A DNA stretch of 64,000 nt, taken from contig CAZGIM010000012.1 of assembly GCA_964525995.1 (NCBI GenBank), positions 3,636 through 67,635 on the forward strand. Reading direction: 5' to 3'. The notes under the pieces are model-generated. The model was not told the origin of the DNA. It was given only the letters and a program-made list of their open reading frames with translations, and did not search any database. This DNA is from an uncultured Prolixibacteraceae bacterium (GTDB lineage Bacteria > Bacteroidota > Bacteroidia > Bacteroidales > FEN-979). Of this stretch, positions 44,893 through 55,300 are shown piece by piece. Position 1 is the stretch's first letter. Every line of letters begins with the position of its first letter. The position numbers and the translations under genes were made by a program.

Positions 44893-47436
44893 TCAGGGAA
44901 GTCTGAAATAAAAGGAGGCGCCCTTTCCGGGTTCTCCTTCGGCTGAAATCGTACCCCCATGCCGTTGAATGATCCGATTGACAATGGTCAGACCGATTCC
45001 GGTACCCGGAAACTCCTGTGGGGTATGGAGTCGCTGGAAAACCCCGAACAATTTCCCGGCATATCGCATATCGAATCCGGCTCCATTATCGCGGACCACG
45101 ATTTCGGTAGCTCCGTTGCGGATTACCGAATCGATAATTACTGTCGGGTCAGGGATCCCGGAACTGAATTTAAATGCATTTTGAATCAGATTATAGAGGG
45201 CGATCTTCATCAGTCCGTTGTCGGCCCTGACCGTAATTCCTTCTTTGATTTTCACCTTATGTTTTGAATATTCGGGAGTTTCGGCCAATTCATCGCATAT
45301 TTGAACTGCAAGTTGTGAAATGTTAACCTCCTGCAGGTTCATCGGCTGCCGGGTTATTCTCGACAACCGGAGAAGATCATCGATCAACTGCGCCATACGC
45401 TGGCTGGCGTTACGTATCCGCATCAGGTAATCTCTTCCTTTGTCGTCGATCTTTTCGGCCTGATCTTCCAGTAAAGCGAGGCTGAAGCCGTCGATGCTTC
45501 TCAATGGCGCCCGGAGGTCGTGTGAGACGGAATAGCTGAAGCTTTCAAGTTCCTTGTTTGCTGTTTCGAGCTGTTCGGTTCTCATTTTGACCCGTTCTTC
45601 GAGTTCCATGTTTAATCGTGACAGCTCCCGTTCATTTGCCCTGAGGGCTGTAACATCTTCACCGGAACTGATGGTGCCTGTAACCTTCCCGTTATCGTCC
45701 CTGATCAGGGCGTTGTGCCAATACATGATCAGTAGCTGGCCAGAGGCAGTGACCACGGTATTCTCGAAAAATTCAGGCCCTTCCACCTCCCCGCTCATCA
45801 GCTTTGCGAAGACCCCTCTGACCACTTCCCTCATTTCGTCGGTGATAAAGTTATCGAACCAGTTTTTTCCGGTGATCTCCTCCTGCCGGTATCCGAACAG
45901 TTCCGATCCTTTTTTATTGATAAGTTCAACATTTCCGGCATGATCTAAAACGATAATTACCGATCCGGCTATATTCAGGTAGTTTTGAGCCCGGTTACGT
46001 TCCTGGATCAGCATATGCTGGTATCGGGCTCGTTCAGAGAAGTCGCGGACAATTCCGTTAAAGTATTTTTTCCCGCGGATGTAGATGACCTGTGCGCTGA
46101 CTTCGACCGGGAATCTGGTCCCGTCCTTTTTAACGTGCATCGACTCATACAGGAATCCTTCTTCAGGAGGATCAACGGTAAGGTGTTGCCGGTAAGGGCC
46201 CTGTGCATGAGGGTCAATTATTTTTGAGGCATTGGATCCCACCAGTTCTTCCCGGGTATAGCCATACAGGCTCAGCGCCCTTTCGTTACAATCGGTAATG
46301 GTTCCCTTTTCATCCAGCAGCAGGATGACGTCGTTGGCGCGTTGCATGACCATCTCGTAATGCTGGGTGAGTACCAGGCGCTGTGATTCAAGTTTATAAA
46401 GGTTGCTGAAATAATCTTTTTTCCGCTGCAGAACTATCATAAACAGTACAAGAAATCCAAGCAGGATCATGATCATAACGGCTGGCAGGGTCCTTATCCA
46501 CCAATATGAAAGGGGTTCCAGCGCTTCATTCAGATCGGTTTTACTTACCATGAACCAGGGGGTCCCTGTTACAGGCCGGGTATAAGCTAACACTTCTACT
46601 CTGCGGTAATCAATTCCCACGGTAAATCCAGAGTAACCTTTTGCTGCCCGGGCCGCGGGAAGCATTTCATTTTTAAGCGGCATTTTCAATTGTAAGGCGC
46701 TTCCCGGTAAATGACGAACTTCATTCAAATAGATCACACTATCGTTTTTCACCTCCACGAGCAGGGTCTCCGATGTCGGGCTATTGATGGGCCAGGATTG
46801 CATCAGTGGATAGATGAACCGGGAGGGATCCATGCGGAGCAGTAATATGGCTCTCAGCGTAGACGAATCACCGGGCACACGGTAAACCGGTGAATAAAAA
46901 TCGATGTGGATCCTGTTATGGTGTCTGCAATAATAGAAACTGCTGAAGCGGGTGTCCGATGATCGAAACGAATTCAGAAGGATCTTCTTTGAATCGTCAC
47001 TAAGCGAATCCCCGTCGGCCGAAACACTGATGAAAATTTTCCCTGTCGAATCTGTCAGCAAAATATCTTCATAACCGTAATGCTCAATTAATGGTGCTAT
47101 GTACCTGAGGATTTTCTGACGAAGTTCCTCACGCTCCGGATGATTGAGAAACCGGTTCAACTCCTCCTGGAAGTTTCCGGCGCTGTTCACAAAGGCCGCG
47201 TCGCTCCTACGCTCCTTTATCCAATTGCTGATCTCGTCGGTTTTGTATCTTGAAATACTCTCCAGGCGCTCAGCGGTCGTGCGGATCAAATTGGCACGCT
47301 GTACCTTCAGATTCAGGATTCCCAAGAAAATAACCAACAGGGAATACAGAATGAAAACGGTGATGTATTTCCAGTCCGGAAAATATTCGGGCAATTTGAA
47401 TTTCATTTCGATCGGATCGGTTCCGTAAATATACAA
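44893..47436 (-). CDS. Sensor histidine kinase with extracytoplasmic Cache-like domain, two PAS domains, HisKA, HATPase_c
   Basis: Two TM segments flank a ~280-aa periplasmic region. PAS modules (LLLDEKGTITDCNERALSLYGY; VLDHAGNVELINKKGSELFGY). SHDLRAPLRSIDGF H-box. GTGIGL. The start may instead be the internal Met (MKFKLPEY). Confidence 0.8.
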   Translation of the reverse strand: MYIYGTDPIEMKFKLPEYFPDWKYITVFILYSLLVIFLGILNLKVQRANLIRTTAERLESISRYKTDEISNWIKERRSDAAFVNSAGNFQEELNRFLNHPEREELRQKILRYIAPLIEHYGYEDILLTDSTGKIFISVSADGDSLSDDSKKILLNSFRSSDTRFSSFYYCRHHNRIHIDFYSPVYRVPGDSSTLRAILLLRMDPSRFIYPLMQSWPINSPTSETLLVEVKNDSVIYLNEVRHLPGSALQLKMPLKNEMLPAARAAKGYSGFTVGIDYRRVEVLAYTRPVTGTPWFMVSKTDLNEALEPLSYWWIRTLPAVMIMILLGFLVLFMIVLQRKKDYFSNLYKLESQRLVLTQHYEMVMQRANDVILLLDEKGTITDCNERALSLYGYTREELVGSNASKIIDPHAQGPYRQHLTVDPPEEGFLYESMHVKKDGTRFPVEVSAQVIYIRGKKYFNGIVRDFSERARYQHMLIQERNRAQNYLNIAGSVIIVLDHAGNVELINKKGSELFGYRQEEITGKNWFDNFITDEMREVVRGVFAKLMSGEVEGPEFFENTVVTASGQLLIMYWHNALIRDDNGKVTGTISSGEDVTALRANERELSRLNMELEERVKMRTEQLETANKELESFSYSVSHDLRAPLRSIDGFSLALLEDQAEKIDDKGRDYLMRIRNASQRMAQLIDDLLRLSRITRQPMNLQEVNISQLAVQICDELAETPEYSKHKVKIKEGITVRADNGLMKIALYNLIQNAFKFSSGIPDPTVIIDSVIRNGATEIVVRDNGAGFDMRYAGKLFGVFQRLHTPQEFPGTGIGLTIVNRIIQRHGGTISAEGEPGKGASFYFRLP

Positions 47437-47554
47437 TCATTCGAGGCACAAATCAACCGACAAAAAAAATAAAATGTAATATGTCAATATGATTATGTGC
47501 GGCGGATAATTGCAAATACGTTGATGTTACTTATTGCCACTTCCGGGATACCCA

Positions 47555-50500
47555 TCACTTTGTGGCGACAAGCAGTGGCCTGACAAAATGTTCCTGACTG
47601 GTCCGAATGGTAACGAAGTAGATTCCGGGTGATACTCCGGTGATATCGATCTGAATGTCGCGTTTCGGAACGGATTGCCCAATGGTTTGTCGGTATACTG
47701 TGATTCCCCGGGCATCCCTGACTTCGATCTCACAGGTTTCATCAACCTGGCCGGCCAACGACACGGTGAAGATTCCACTTGTCGGAACCGGGTAGATCCG
47801 GATCCTTTGATCGGTTGGTTCATCCATTCCGGGCAAGGTTATGTAAATGTTGTTGGAGGTATCGGAGCTGCATCCGTTTATATTAACCACATCCCAATAC
47901 CAGCCGATAGCGGTGACGGTATAATTCTGCCCGGTGGCTCCCGGGATCAGTGATCCGTTGAAAAACCACTGGTTTCCGTCGGTTGCATTGCTTGAAAGCA
48001 CCGGCCCGGATAGCGTGATCACGGGAGCAGGAGGTATCGGATTCAGGGATACGGCCAGCGTTGCAACAGGTCCGTCGCCGCAGCTGTTGCTTCCGTAAAC
48101 GGTAACATTTCCGGACGTTGCGGTGGGTCCGAAATCAACGGTGATGGCATTGGTGTTGGCCCCGTTGACGATGAAGGCACCGGCAGGTACGGTCCATTGG
48201 TAAGTTGTAACCTCCGGGATCGGGTTTATTGAATAGATGATCCCGGAAGCGTATTCGCACACCTGATCGGGACCTGCGATGGCTCCCGGATCGGAAGGCA
48301 ACGGGGTCACCGTAACCGCGAAGGAAGGTGATGCCGGTCCTGATCCACACAGGTTGTTGCCTTGTACCGTGATTACTCCGGAAGAAGCATTTCCGGCAAA
48401 GCTGACGGTAATCGCGTTGGTATTATAACCACCTGTGATGGTGGCTCCCACGGGAAGCGTCCAAACGTAGGAAATAGCGTTGGTGACGGGAGCTACCGAA
48501 AATACCACACCGGTTGTACCGCCGCAGACTGCTGCTGTTCCTGTGATGGTTCCTGCTGCCGATGGAAGGGGTTCAACGGTGACACTGAAGGTCGTCGGGG
48601 AGGCGGCCATACATCCGGCCGTACCGGTGTAGTTAACCGACACCCACTGTGACCCGGAGGTATTCCATGCAACCTGTATTTGGTTAGTCCCTGTCCCAAT
48701 TACGATGGAGCCGCCCGACGACACACTCCAGGTATAGGAGGTCATTCCCGACTCGGTGGTATACGTGGCATTCGCACCGCCCTGGCATGCCGAAGTGGTT
48801 CCCGAAATTGTCGGAACCGGCGGAGGACCCACAGTGACCGGCAGTGTGGAAGGGGCGCCAGTGGAACAGAAATTTGTTCCGTAAACCGCAACATTACCGC
48901 TTGAGGTACCGAAATTTACCACGATGCTGGTGGTATTCTGTCCGCTCACAATGGTAGCGCCAGCAGGAACAGACCATGTATAGCCGGTGGCGTTTGTGAT
49001 TGGCGCTACAGTATAGGTCTTTCCTGTAGCTCCGTTACAAACGTTCGCGGAACCCGTAATCGGTCCGGCGGCAGCTATGGTCGGGCAGCCGGGTGTAAAG
49101 GTCTTATCGGCCCCGTAAAAAGTACCGGCTGTGCTTACTCCGACACAGCGGTAGTGATAGGTAATATTGGAAGTGAGTCCGGAAAGGTTGGCTGTGACGG
49201 CAACGGGCGAGTACCCGGTCACTGTGGGTGGGTTTGCAGCCAGGGAATTGCCGTAACTCGTATTCAGGCCCCAGTCGAAGGTTACCGTGGTCGGATAGAG
49301 GTTGGCGGTTACCGATCCGTTGAGGGTGGCGCTGGTCAGTAAGATATTGGAGGCGGCATTGGTCACCACGACGGGATTCACGATGATCTGTCCACTGATG
49401 GTGATCATCAGGGAATCCTTTACGGTTAAATCCTGCACCGAAACCGCTTTGGCATATACGGTTCCGTTACCGGTGGCAGTTACCAGTCCGGCCGTGCTGA
49501 TCGTGGCATTACCTGTTCCGGAAACCAGACTCCAGGTCACATTCTGATTGGCTGAAGCCGGGAATACGGTTGCGACCACCTGCAACGTACCTCCGCTTGT
49601 GGTGATCGTGGGAGGCGCGCCTCCCTGGGTGGTGACCACCAGACCGATCAGTCCTCCGACTGATATACCCTGGGCATAACCCATGTATGAGCCGGTGCGG
49701 TTTTCGGTCCAGATGCCTGCGCAACGGTTAGGGCCGTCGGGGGTGAAACCGAACCGCATCTTGGGAGTTCCCGGAGGAGCTGAGGTTGAACTAAGTTCCA
49801 CCTGATTACCGGTCCAGACAAAATTTCCGTTGGCATCGAGCCGGGTTGCATAGATTTTATCGTTGGCGTCGTAAAACAAAAACATCGGGTTATCGCTGAC
49901 CAGTGCAACCTTACCTGCATGTTGATAACTGTTCGGGCCAATGGCATAAACCACCTTGGCATTGTCGGTAAACTGCCGGGCTCCGGTCGTTTTCAGGTAT
50001 TTCTGTACATAAACTCCGTACTGGGTCTGGTTATAATCGCTGAAGTTACATACCGACCAAACGTAATTGGAGGTGGCCGACAAATTGATCGATGTAAAAC
50101 CCTGATAATCGTCGTAAGTATTCACATTCGTGTTGAAGGCCGAACCGTTCATTCCCCAGGGGATGGTACCTCCCGGTTCGATTCGTTGGAGGAAGGAGTT
50201 GAATCTGAAACCGTTTGAGCTGTAATATCCGACGTAGGTAACATCGCCATCGGCGGCGATAGAATAATAACGGGCTGCGCTGGTAGTCTGATTGCAGATC
50301 TGAAGCGGGGCATAGACGGCGGTTCCGTTCGGATTGAACATTTGCGCATAGAGTGTGGTCGACACGCCGTAACCCATCTTCTGATACACCATGGTAAATT
50401 TACCTGCCAGGTTACCGATCAACTGACCGCGGGTGGTGGTGGATGTACCTACTGTGACTACAACAGGGGCGGTCCATGCCAGTGATCCGCTGTTGGTTAT

Positions 50501-51031
50501 CTTTTGGATGTTCAGGGTGTTTCCGTTATCGGAATTCCAGGTAACAACAATCTCGCCTGTTGAAAGCAAGGCGGGATAGGGAACCATACCGCTGCCGAGG
50601 ATGATACCTCCCGCGCCCCAGAGTTGCGCTCCGGTTTGGGAGATTTTATGAACTACGGCGTTCATGATTCCGGTTCCTTCATGTTGAAATCCGATGACCA
50701 GGTTGTTGGAGGCGTCGACACAGACATTAAAAACAAAAGTCGCCGATCCCGATGCCAGGTTGCTCACCAGTACGCCATCGGCTCCAAGGAGCTTATAGCC
50801 GTCGGCATCAATGAGTTGGGCCCGCATGTCGTAATTGCCGGAATTCTCGTGGTAATATGCGATCCATGTCTTTCCGTCGGATGTGGGAACCGACTGCAAA
50901 TCGGCGGTTGGCAATCCCGAAATCAGCATGTTCACATTGGTATTGGTATTCCACTGAGCTGACGCCAGGCCTGAACAGAGCAACATCAGGAGTCCTGCAA
51001 GACTCCATAAAAATGTCAATTTTGTTTTCAT
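47555..51031 (-). CDS. T9SS-secreted protein: unassigned ~480-aa N-terminal region, Big_2-like Ig domain, FN3-like domain, PKD-like domains including one G1/G2-type A-module, GNQWF module, type-A T9SS CTD
   Basis: Preferred start MKTKLTFLWSLAGLLMLLCSGLASAQ (51031). A-module: GTTSACQGGANATYTTESGMTSYTWSVSSGGSIVIGTGTNQIQVAWNTSGSQWVSVNYTGTAGC. PKD-like GY.W.VP.GA.I repeats. C-terminus IRIYPVPTSGIFTVSL...LLVATK. Confidence 0.75.
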   Translation of the reverse strand: MKTKLTFLWSLAGLLMLLCSGLASAQWNTNTNVNMLISGLPTADLQSVPTSDGKTWIAYYHENSGNYDMRAQLIDADGYKLLGADGVLVSNLASGSATFVFNVCVDASNNLVIGFQHEGTGIMNAVVHKISQTGAQLWGAGGIILGSGMVPYPALLSTGEIVVTWNSDNGNTLNIQKITNSGSLAWTAPVVVTVGTSTTTRGQLIGNLAGKFTMVYQKMGYGVSTTLYAQMFNPNGTAVYAPLQICNQTTSAARYYSIAADGDVTYVGYYSSNGFRFNSFLQRIEPGGTIPWGMNGSAFNTNVNTYDDYQGFTSINLSATSNYVWSVCNFSDYNQTQYGVYVQKYLKTTGARQFTDNAKVVYAIGPNSYQHAGKVALVSDNPMFLFYDANDKIYATRLDANGNFVWTGNQVELSSTSAPPGTPKMRFGFTPDGPNRCAGIWTENRTGSYMGYAQGISVGGLIGLVVTTQGGAPPTITTSGGTLQVVATVFPASANQNVTWSLVSGTGNATISTAGLVTATGNGTVYAKAVSVQDLTVKDSLMITISGQIIVNPVVVTNAASNILLTSATLNGSVTANLYPTTVTFDWGLNTSYGNSLAANPPTVTGYSPVAVTANLSGLTSNITYHYRCVGVSTAGTFYGADKTFTPGCPTIAAAGPITGSANVCNGATGKTYTVAPITNATGYTWSVPAGATIVSGQNTTSIVVNFGTSSGNVAVYGTNFCSTGAPSTLPVTVGPPPVPTISGTTSACQGGANATYTTESGMTSYTWSVSSGGSIVIGTGTNQIQVAWNTSGSQWVSVNYTGTAGCMAASPTTFSVTVEPLPSAAGTITGTAAVCGGTTGVVFSVAPVTNAISYVWTLPVGATITGGYNTNAITVSFAGNASSGVITVQGNNLCGSGPASPSFAVTVTPLPSDPGAIAGPDQVCEYASGIIYSINPIPEVTTYQWTVPAGAFIVNGANTNAITVDFGPTATSGNVTVYGSNSCGDGPVATLAVSLNPIPPAPVITLSGPVLSSNATDGNQWFFNGSLIPGATGQNYTVTAIGWYWDVVNINGCSSDTSNNIYITLPGMDEPTDQRIRIYPVPTSGIFTVSLAGQVDETCEIEVRDARGITVYRQTIGQSVPKRDIQIDITGVSPGIYFVTIRTSQEHFVRPLLVATK

Positions 51032-51095
51032 TGTTTTGGGTTTTGGGATTACAAAATATTTACCGGCCCCGTCACACGTCAGCAAATCCTCCGGG

Positions 51096-52349
51096 TCAAC
51101 GGGTCGTGGTTTCTATATGTTCAGTCAGCTTTCCCAGGCACCGTACATAGCTTCCGAATTCGTTGTCGTACCATCCGAAGATCTTGGCATGGGTTACCGG
51201 AAGGTTAACGTCACGGTCTTCTTTAATTCCCAGGGAGTGAAGCAATGCGGCAGGCAACGGAAGAAATCCGGTCCGGGTATGGGTTTCGTGTCCTTCGATG
51301 ACCACTGCGGCGGGAAATCCCATCAGGTCAGACGATACATTCTGTTTTTCGCTGAAGTGAAGCAATCCCTGCTGGGATCCCCGGGTAGCACGGCGGTATA
51401 GGTCGTTGATGTATGCGCCACTGATTATCGGTTCACCGCGCTCATCCACCCGCGAATCGAAGGTAATATTGAGGGAAATCAGGGAAACGGTATTGGTCGG
51501 GATGCGCACCGAATCGGCCATGAATCCGATGTTTGCTATTTGCGGCAGCACCATTTCCAGCGCTTTTCCCGCTCCTGTGGAAGATAAAATGATGTTGTTG
51601 AATACCGACCTGTTTTTCCTCAGATCGGAAGTTCCGGTTGAGGGAACCGCATCTAGCACACTCTGGGTGTTGGTTGCAGCATGAACCGTCGACATGGATG
51701 CGGTGAGGATTCGCTTGGTTTCTACGTCTTCGAGCAGGGGTTTCATCATATGGGCCAGCCCTGTGGTGGTACAGCTTGCCGCTGAAACCACATGGTGCAG
51801 GTGCGGCCGGAAGTCGAGGTGGTTAATGCCATAAATCAGGGTTGGATATTCGCCGGAATCCTTGTAGGATTTATCTTTGATCTTAAACGGGGCGCTGGCG
51901 ATCACATTTCGCGCGCCGGCTTCGAGGTGGCCCCGGAGGCTTCCTTTTGGATCATCGGCCGGAATGGTCGGATCCAGAAATTTTCCCGTGCAATCGACTA
52001 CCGTTTGAACGCCTTCGCGGGCCCATCCGATATTGCGGGGCAACCGTTCTTTTCTTAAAATTTTTACCGGGAATCCATCCACATCCAGCATACCATCAGA
52101 GGCATCAATCACTGTAATCGGGCATTTCTTTCCGGAAAATCCGTGAAGGAAATGATCGAGTGTGCCATAGGTTGAGTCCGTACTGATGGTATGAATCACA
52201 TCATCGAGGCTTTTACCGACTTCCCGGCCTACGTTGATCACGATACCTTCGAAGCAGCGCGACTGCAGATGGTACCATAATGTCAGTTTTCCGATGCGAC
52301 CCAAACCGTTGATGCCCAACAGTTTTTTCTCTTTTAGTGAAATTTCCAT
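51096..52349 (-). CDS. Divergent long-form glyceraldehyde-3-phosphate dehydrogenase paralog (417 aa)
   Basis: Rossmann motif GINGLGRIGKL, catalytic-Cys context SAASCTTTG, TVHAATNTQ, C-terminal FGWYDNEFGY. Several insertions relative to the 334-aa form. Confidence 0.75.
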   Translation of the reverse strand: MEISLKEKKLLGINGLGRIGKLTLWYHLQSRCFEGIVINVGREVGKSLDDVIHTISTDSTYGTLDHFLHGFSGKKCPITVIDASDGMLDVDGFPVKILRKERLPRNIGWAREGVQTVVDCTGKFLDPTIPADDPKGSLRGHLEAGARNVIASAPFKIKDKSYKDSGEYPTLIYGINHLDFRPHLHHVVSAASCTTTGLAHMMKPLLEDVETKRILTASMSTVHAATNTQSVLDAVPSTGTSDLRKNRSVFNNIILSSTGAGKALEMVLPQIANIGFMADSVRIPTNTVSLISLNITFDSRVDERGEPIISGAYINDLYRRATRGSQQGLLHFSEKQNVSSDLMGFPAAVVIEGHETHTRTGFLPLPAALLHSLGIKEDRDVNLPVTHAKIFGWYDNEFGSYVRCLGKLTEHIETTTR

Positions 52350-52372
52350 GATATCGATTGTTTTGGTTAGGT

Positions 52373-55300
52373 TCAGAATTCCTGTTTCCGGATCGGATAA
52401 TTACCCTGGTAAATGATGCCAAGCGGCCCGTCCAGCGCGATTTTGTCGAATGCCCTGAACACGGTATCGTTGATGTGGCATGTCTTTTCTTTTTCGTTCA
52501 CCCTGAGTTCCGTGCAATTGACCACGCAAACTTTACCCAGGCTTGAGGCGGTAACCGCGGCATGAGAGGTGGCCCCGCCTTTGCCGGTAAGTAGTCCGTC
52601 GCATTCAAAGATCATCTCGATATCGTCGGGAACCGTGTCGGGACGGGCAAGGATGCATTGACCATCTTCAAATTTAGCTTTTATTGCCCGGATATCTTCC
52701 AGGTCAAAAGCAAGAAATCCATTCACGACCCGGTTGCCGATCCCGATACCGGTGCCAACCTGTTTCATTTTTTGAGGCGGAACGGCGAACACCACTTTTT
52801 GCTCGGGTTTTTTCACCGACTGATCCCTCACTTGTAAAATGTACAGATCCTCGGGCTTTGCGGTCTCAAAGGTGAACTCGATCTCCTGATGGCCGAAATC
52901 GTGTTTTTCGAGCAGTTCGTGGGCAAAGTTATTCAGTTTCTCAAAGATCTTCGGAAAGGCGCTTTCAAGAGAGAATGGGCTTTTCTGGTAGTATTTATTC
53001 CGCTGGGCTTCACTTACGGGAAGGGTATTAACCAGTCCTGCAACGATATCTTCACCCTGGCTCAGAAAAGAAAAATCGCCGTTCAGATGGATCCCGGGTG
53101 AATTTTGCATCACATCGCAGGTAAATACCACGCCCGATCCCGATTCGCGGTGAATATTTCCGAAAACCATCTGCTGCACGATCACGGCAGTCCCCCACTC
53201 GTGGGCGATCTGAAGGTGGTTGCGGTACACCTTTGCCCGCGTGTTGTCCCATGAATTGAATACCGCGATGATCGCCTGCCTTGCCTGTAACCAGGGATCC
53301 TGCTCGAAGGGAACGTTTCTTTCCTTCAGTACATCCTTGTATGCGTAAGTGATCTCGCGCATGATGGGCGGCGGAAAGTCGATCTTGCGGCTGATGTCGT
53401 ACTTTTGCTTGTAATCGATCATGATCTGATCAAATACATCCCGGTCAATTCCGAACGACATACCCCAGGTCTGAAGCAATCGCCGGTAACAATCCCACGA
53501 GGTCCAGCCAAAGTTATGCTGTTGGCTGAGAACCTCCGTGATCTCATCATTAAGCCCTACATTCAGAAAGGTATTCATGGCTCCGGGCATAGAGATGGCT
53601 GATCCCGACCGTACCGACAACAAGAGCGGGTTCAGCGGGTTGGCGTACTCCCGGTGCGACAGGATCTCTATTTCCCGTATATACCTGTCGATCATGTTAT
53701 CGACTTCGGCATGCAGCGAGGGATGTTTGGTGATGGAATCCTTCCGGCGAAAGACCTCGGTAGTAATGATAAAACCGGGAGGTACGGAATAGCCCTGAAG
53801 ATAGAGTTTCTTCAGGAAAAAGCCCTTTGACCCCAGGAAAATCTGGCTGTCGATTCGCGGATCGGCTATGTTGAAAGGGCTGATTACCACATCGGGATCG
53901 TACGACATGATGCTGCGTATATCCTCCGGCGTAAAATGATCAGCCATGTTACGCAGGCTGTTGAGCACTTTGCCAATGAAGTTGTCGAGCGATTGAATGA
54001 GGAAGGCAGATGAGAGCAGATCGCGGAAGAATGCTTCCGATTTTTTATGGATGAATTTGCTTACCGATTTCTGGTCCAGATTTGTTTCATCGGGAAAGAT
54101 TTGCGGGATGATCACCTTCAGAAGTTCATCGTACGAACTCATGAAGTAGTGGCTGATGATCTCTTTCACGCTTTCGCCCATGAACTGGAATATGTTGAGA
54201 TACTGACCGATTGTGAAACTGCCCGAGGTCAGGCTGTACTGCAGCATCTGAAGGTTTGAATTGAAGCCCTGATCGGGAATCCCGTCGAGTTCCAGCCCCT
54301 GGCGCAATAATTCGAGGGTCGAATAGATGCTTTTGAGAGTTTTCGCGGTAATATAATCGGTGTTGAGCTTGGCAATGATGCGTTCCATCAGTACGGTGGC
54401 GATGCCTTCGAGGCGAAAGGTCACCCCGAGTGCTTCGAATTTTTTTTCGTGGTATTCGCCGTACATCGATGGGATCCCGAATGCGATATGCCGCTTGTGG
54501 TAGATGTTTTCCCATCCCTGACTGGGCACCGGGTCGAAGATGATCTGGTTGAGCCGGTCCATGAAGCGGAAAATCAGGCGGAGCGCCTGCTCATCGTCCG
54601 ACTGATCGAGGTATCGGGTCAGATCGTCCACTTCGGCAGGGCTGAAAAAATTGTACCGGTTGAGGATCGCCGCTATGTTGATAGTCTCGAAGGAGTACTT
54701 TTCTTTCAGCAGCTTGTAAAGCCTGATCAGGAGGCGGACCCTCCGGATGTCCTGGTCTTTTGCGCTGCCCAGTTCGTTGAGCATCGTCTCAACCGCTTCG
54801 GATTCAAGTTCCGAAAGTTGTTTTACCGAGAGGTTGCCTTTTTCACACAGGGCGCTTACAATCTCATGAACTCCCTGCACCCACTCGCCTGACAGATCGA
54901 TACTCTCGATCACATCGGCCGGCACCAATGGTTTCAAAAGATCGAGGTTCGGATCTTTCCAGAAGTTAAGGATCTCCAGGCATATCAGAATGTGCGAATT
55001 ATTGCCTTCGGTATGGATCTGTTTTCGCAGGAAATGGATCAGCTTGTCGGCCCGCTGGGATATTTCATCCAGCGTGGTGGTCACCTCGCGGAGTTCACCT
55101 TCGGCTCCGATCTCGTTAAAATAAACCGGGAAAATCCGTGTGAGCTGTTTGATCCTTTTAAAGATAGGCGCAATGTCGGAGTTGAGCAACCGGGTCACAT
55201 CGCGCTGGAACAGATCGGTATCGAAGATAAAGATTCCGCCCATCCTCAGGTTGATGATAAGCGCCGACAGCAGTCTTTTCATTACCTCGGGGGAATACTC

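Noticed and set aside
5281-51031. Possibility that the T9SS/protease-rich region is a horizontally acquired genomic island
   Set aside because: No integrase, transposase, tRNA attachment site or flanking direct repeats are visible. I cannot compute compositional deviation reliably by eye.
51032-51095. Near-match to the -7 promoter motif (GTAAATATTTTG on the minus strand) upstream of the 47555..51031 gene
   Set aside because: It is one base short of TAnnTTTG and has no clear -33 element, so it was left uncalled.
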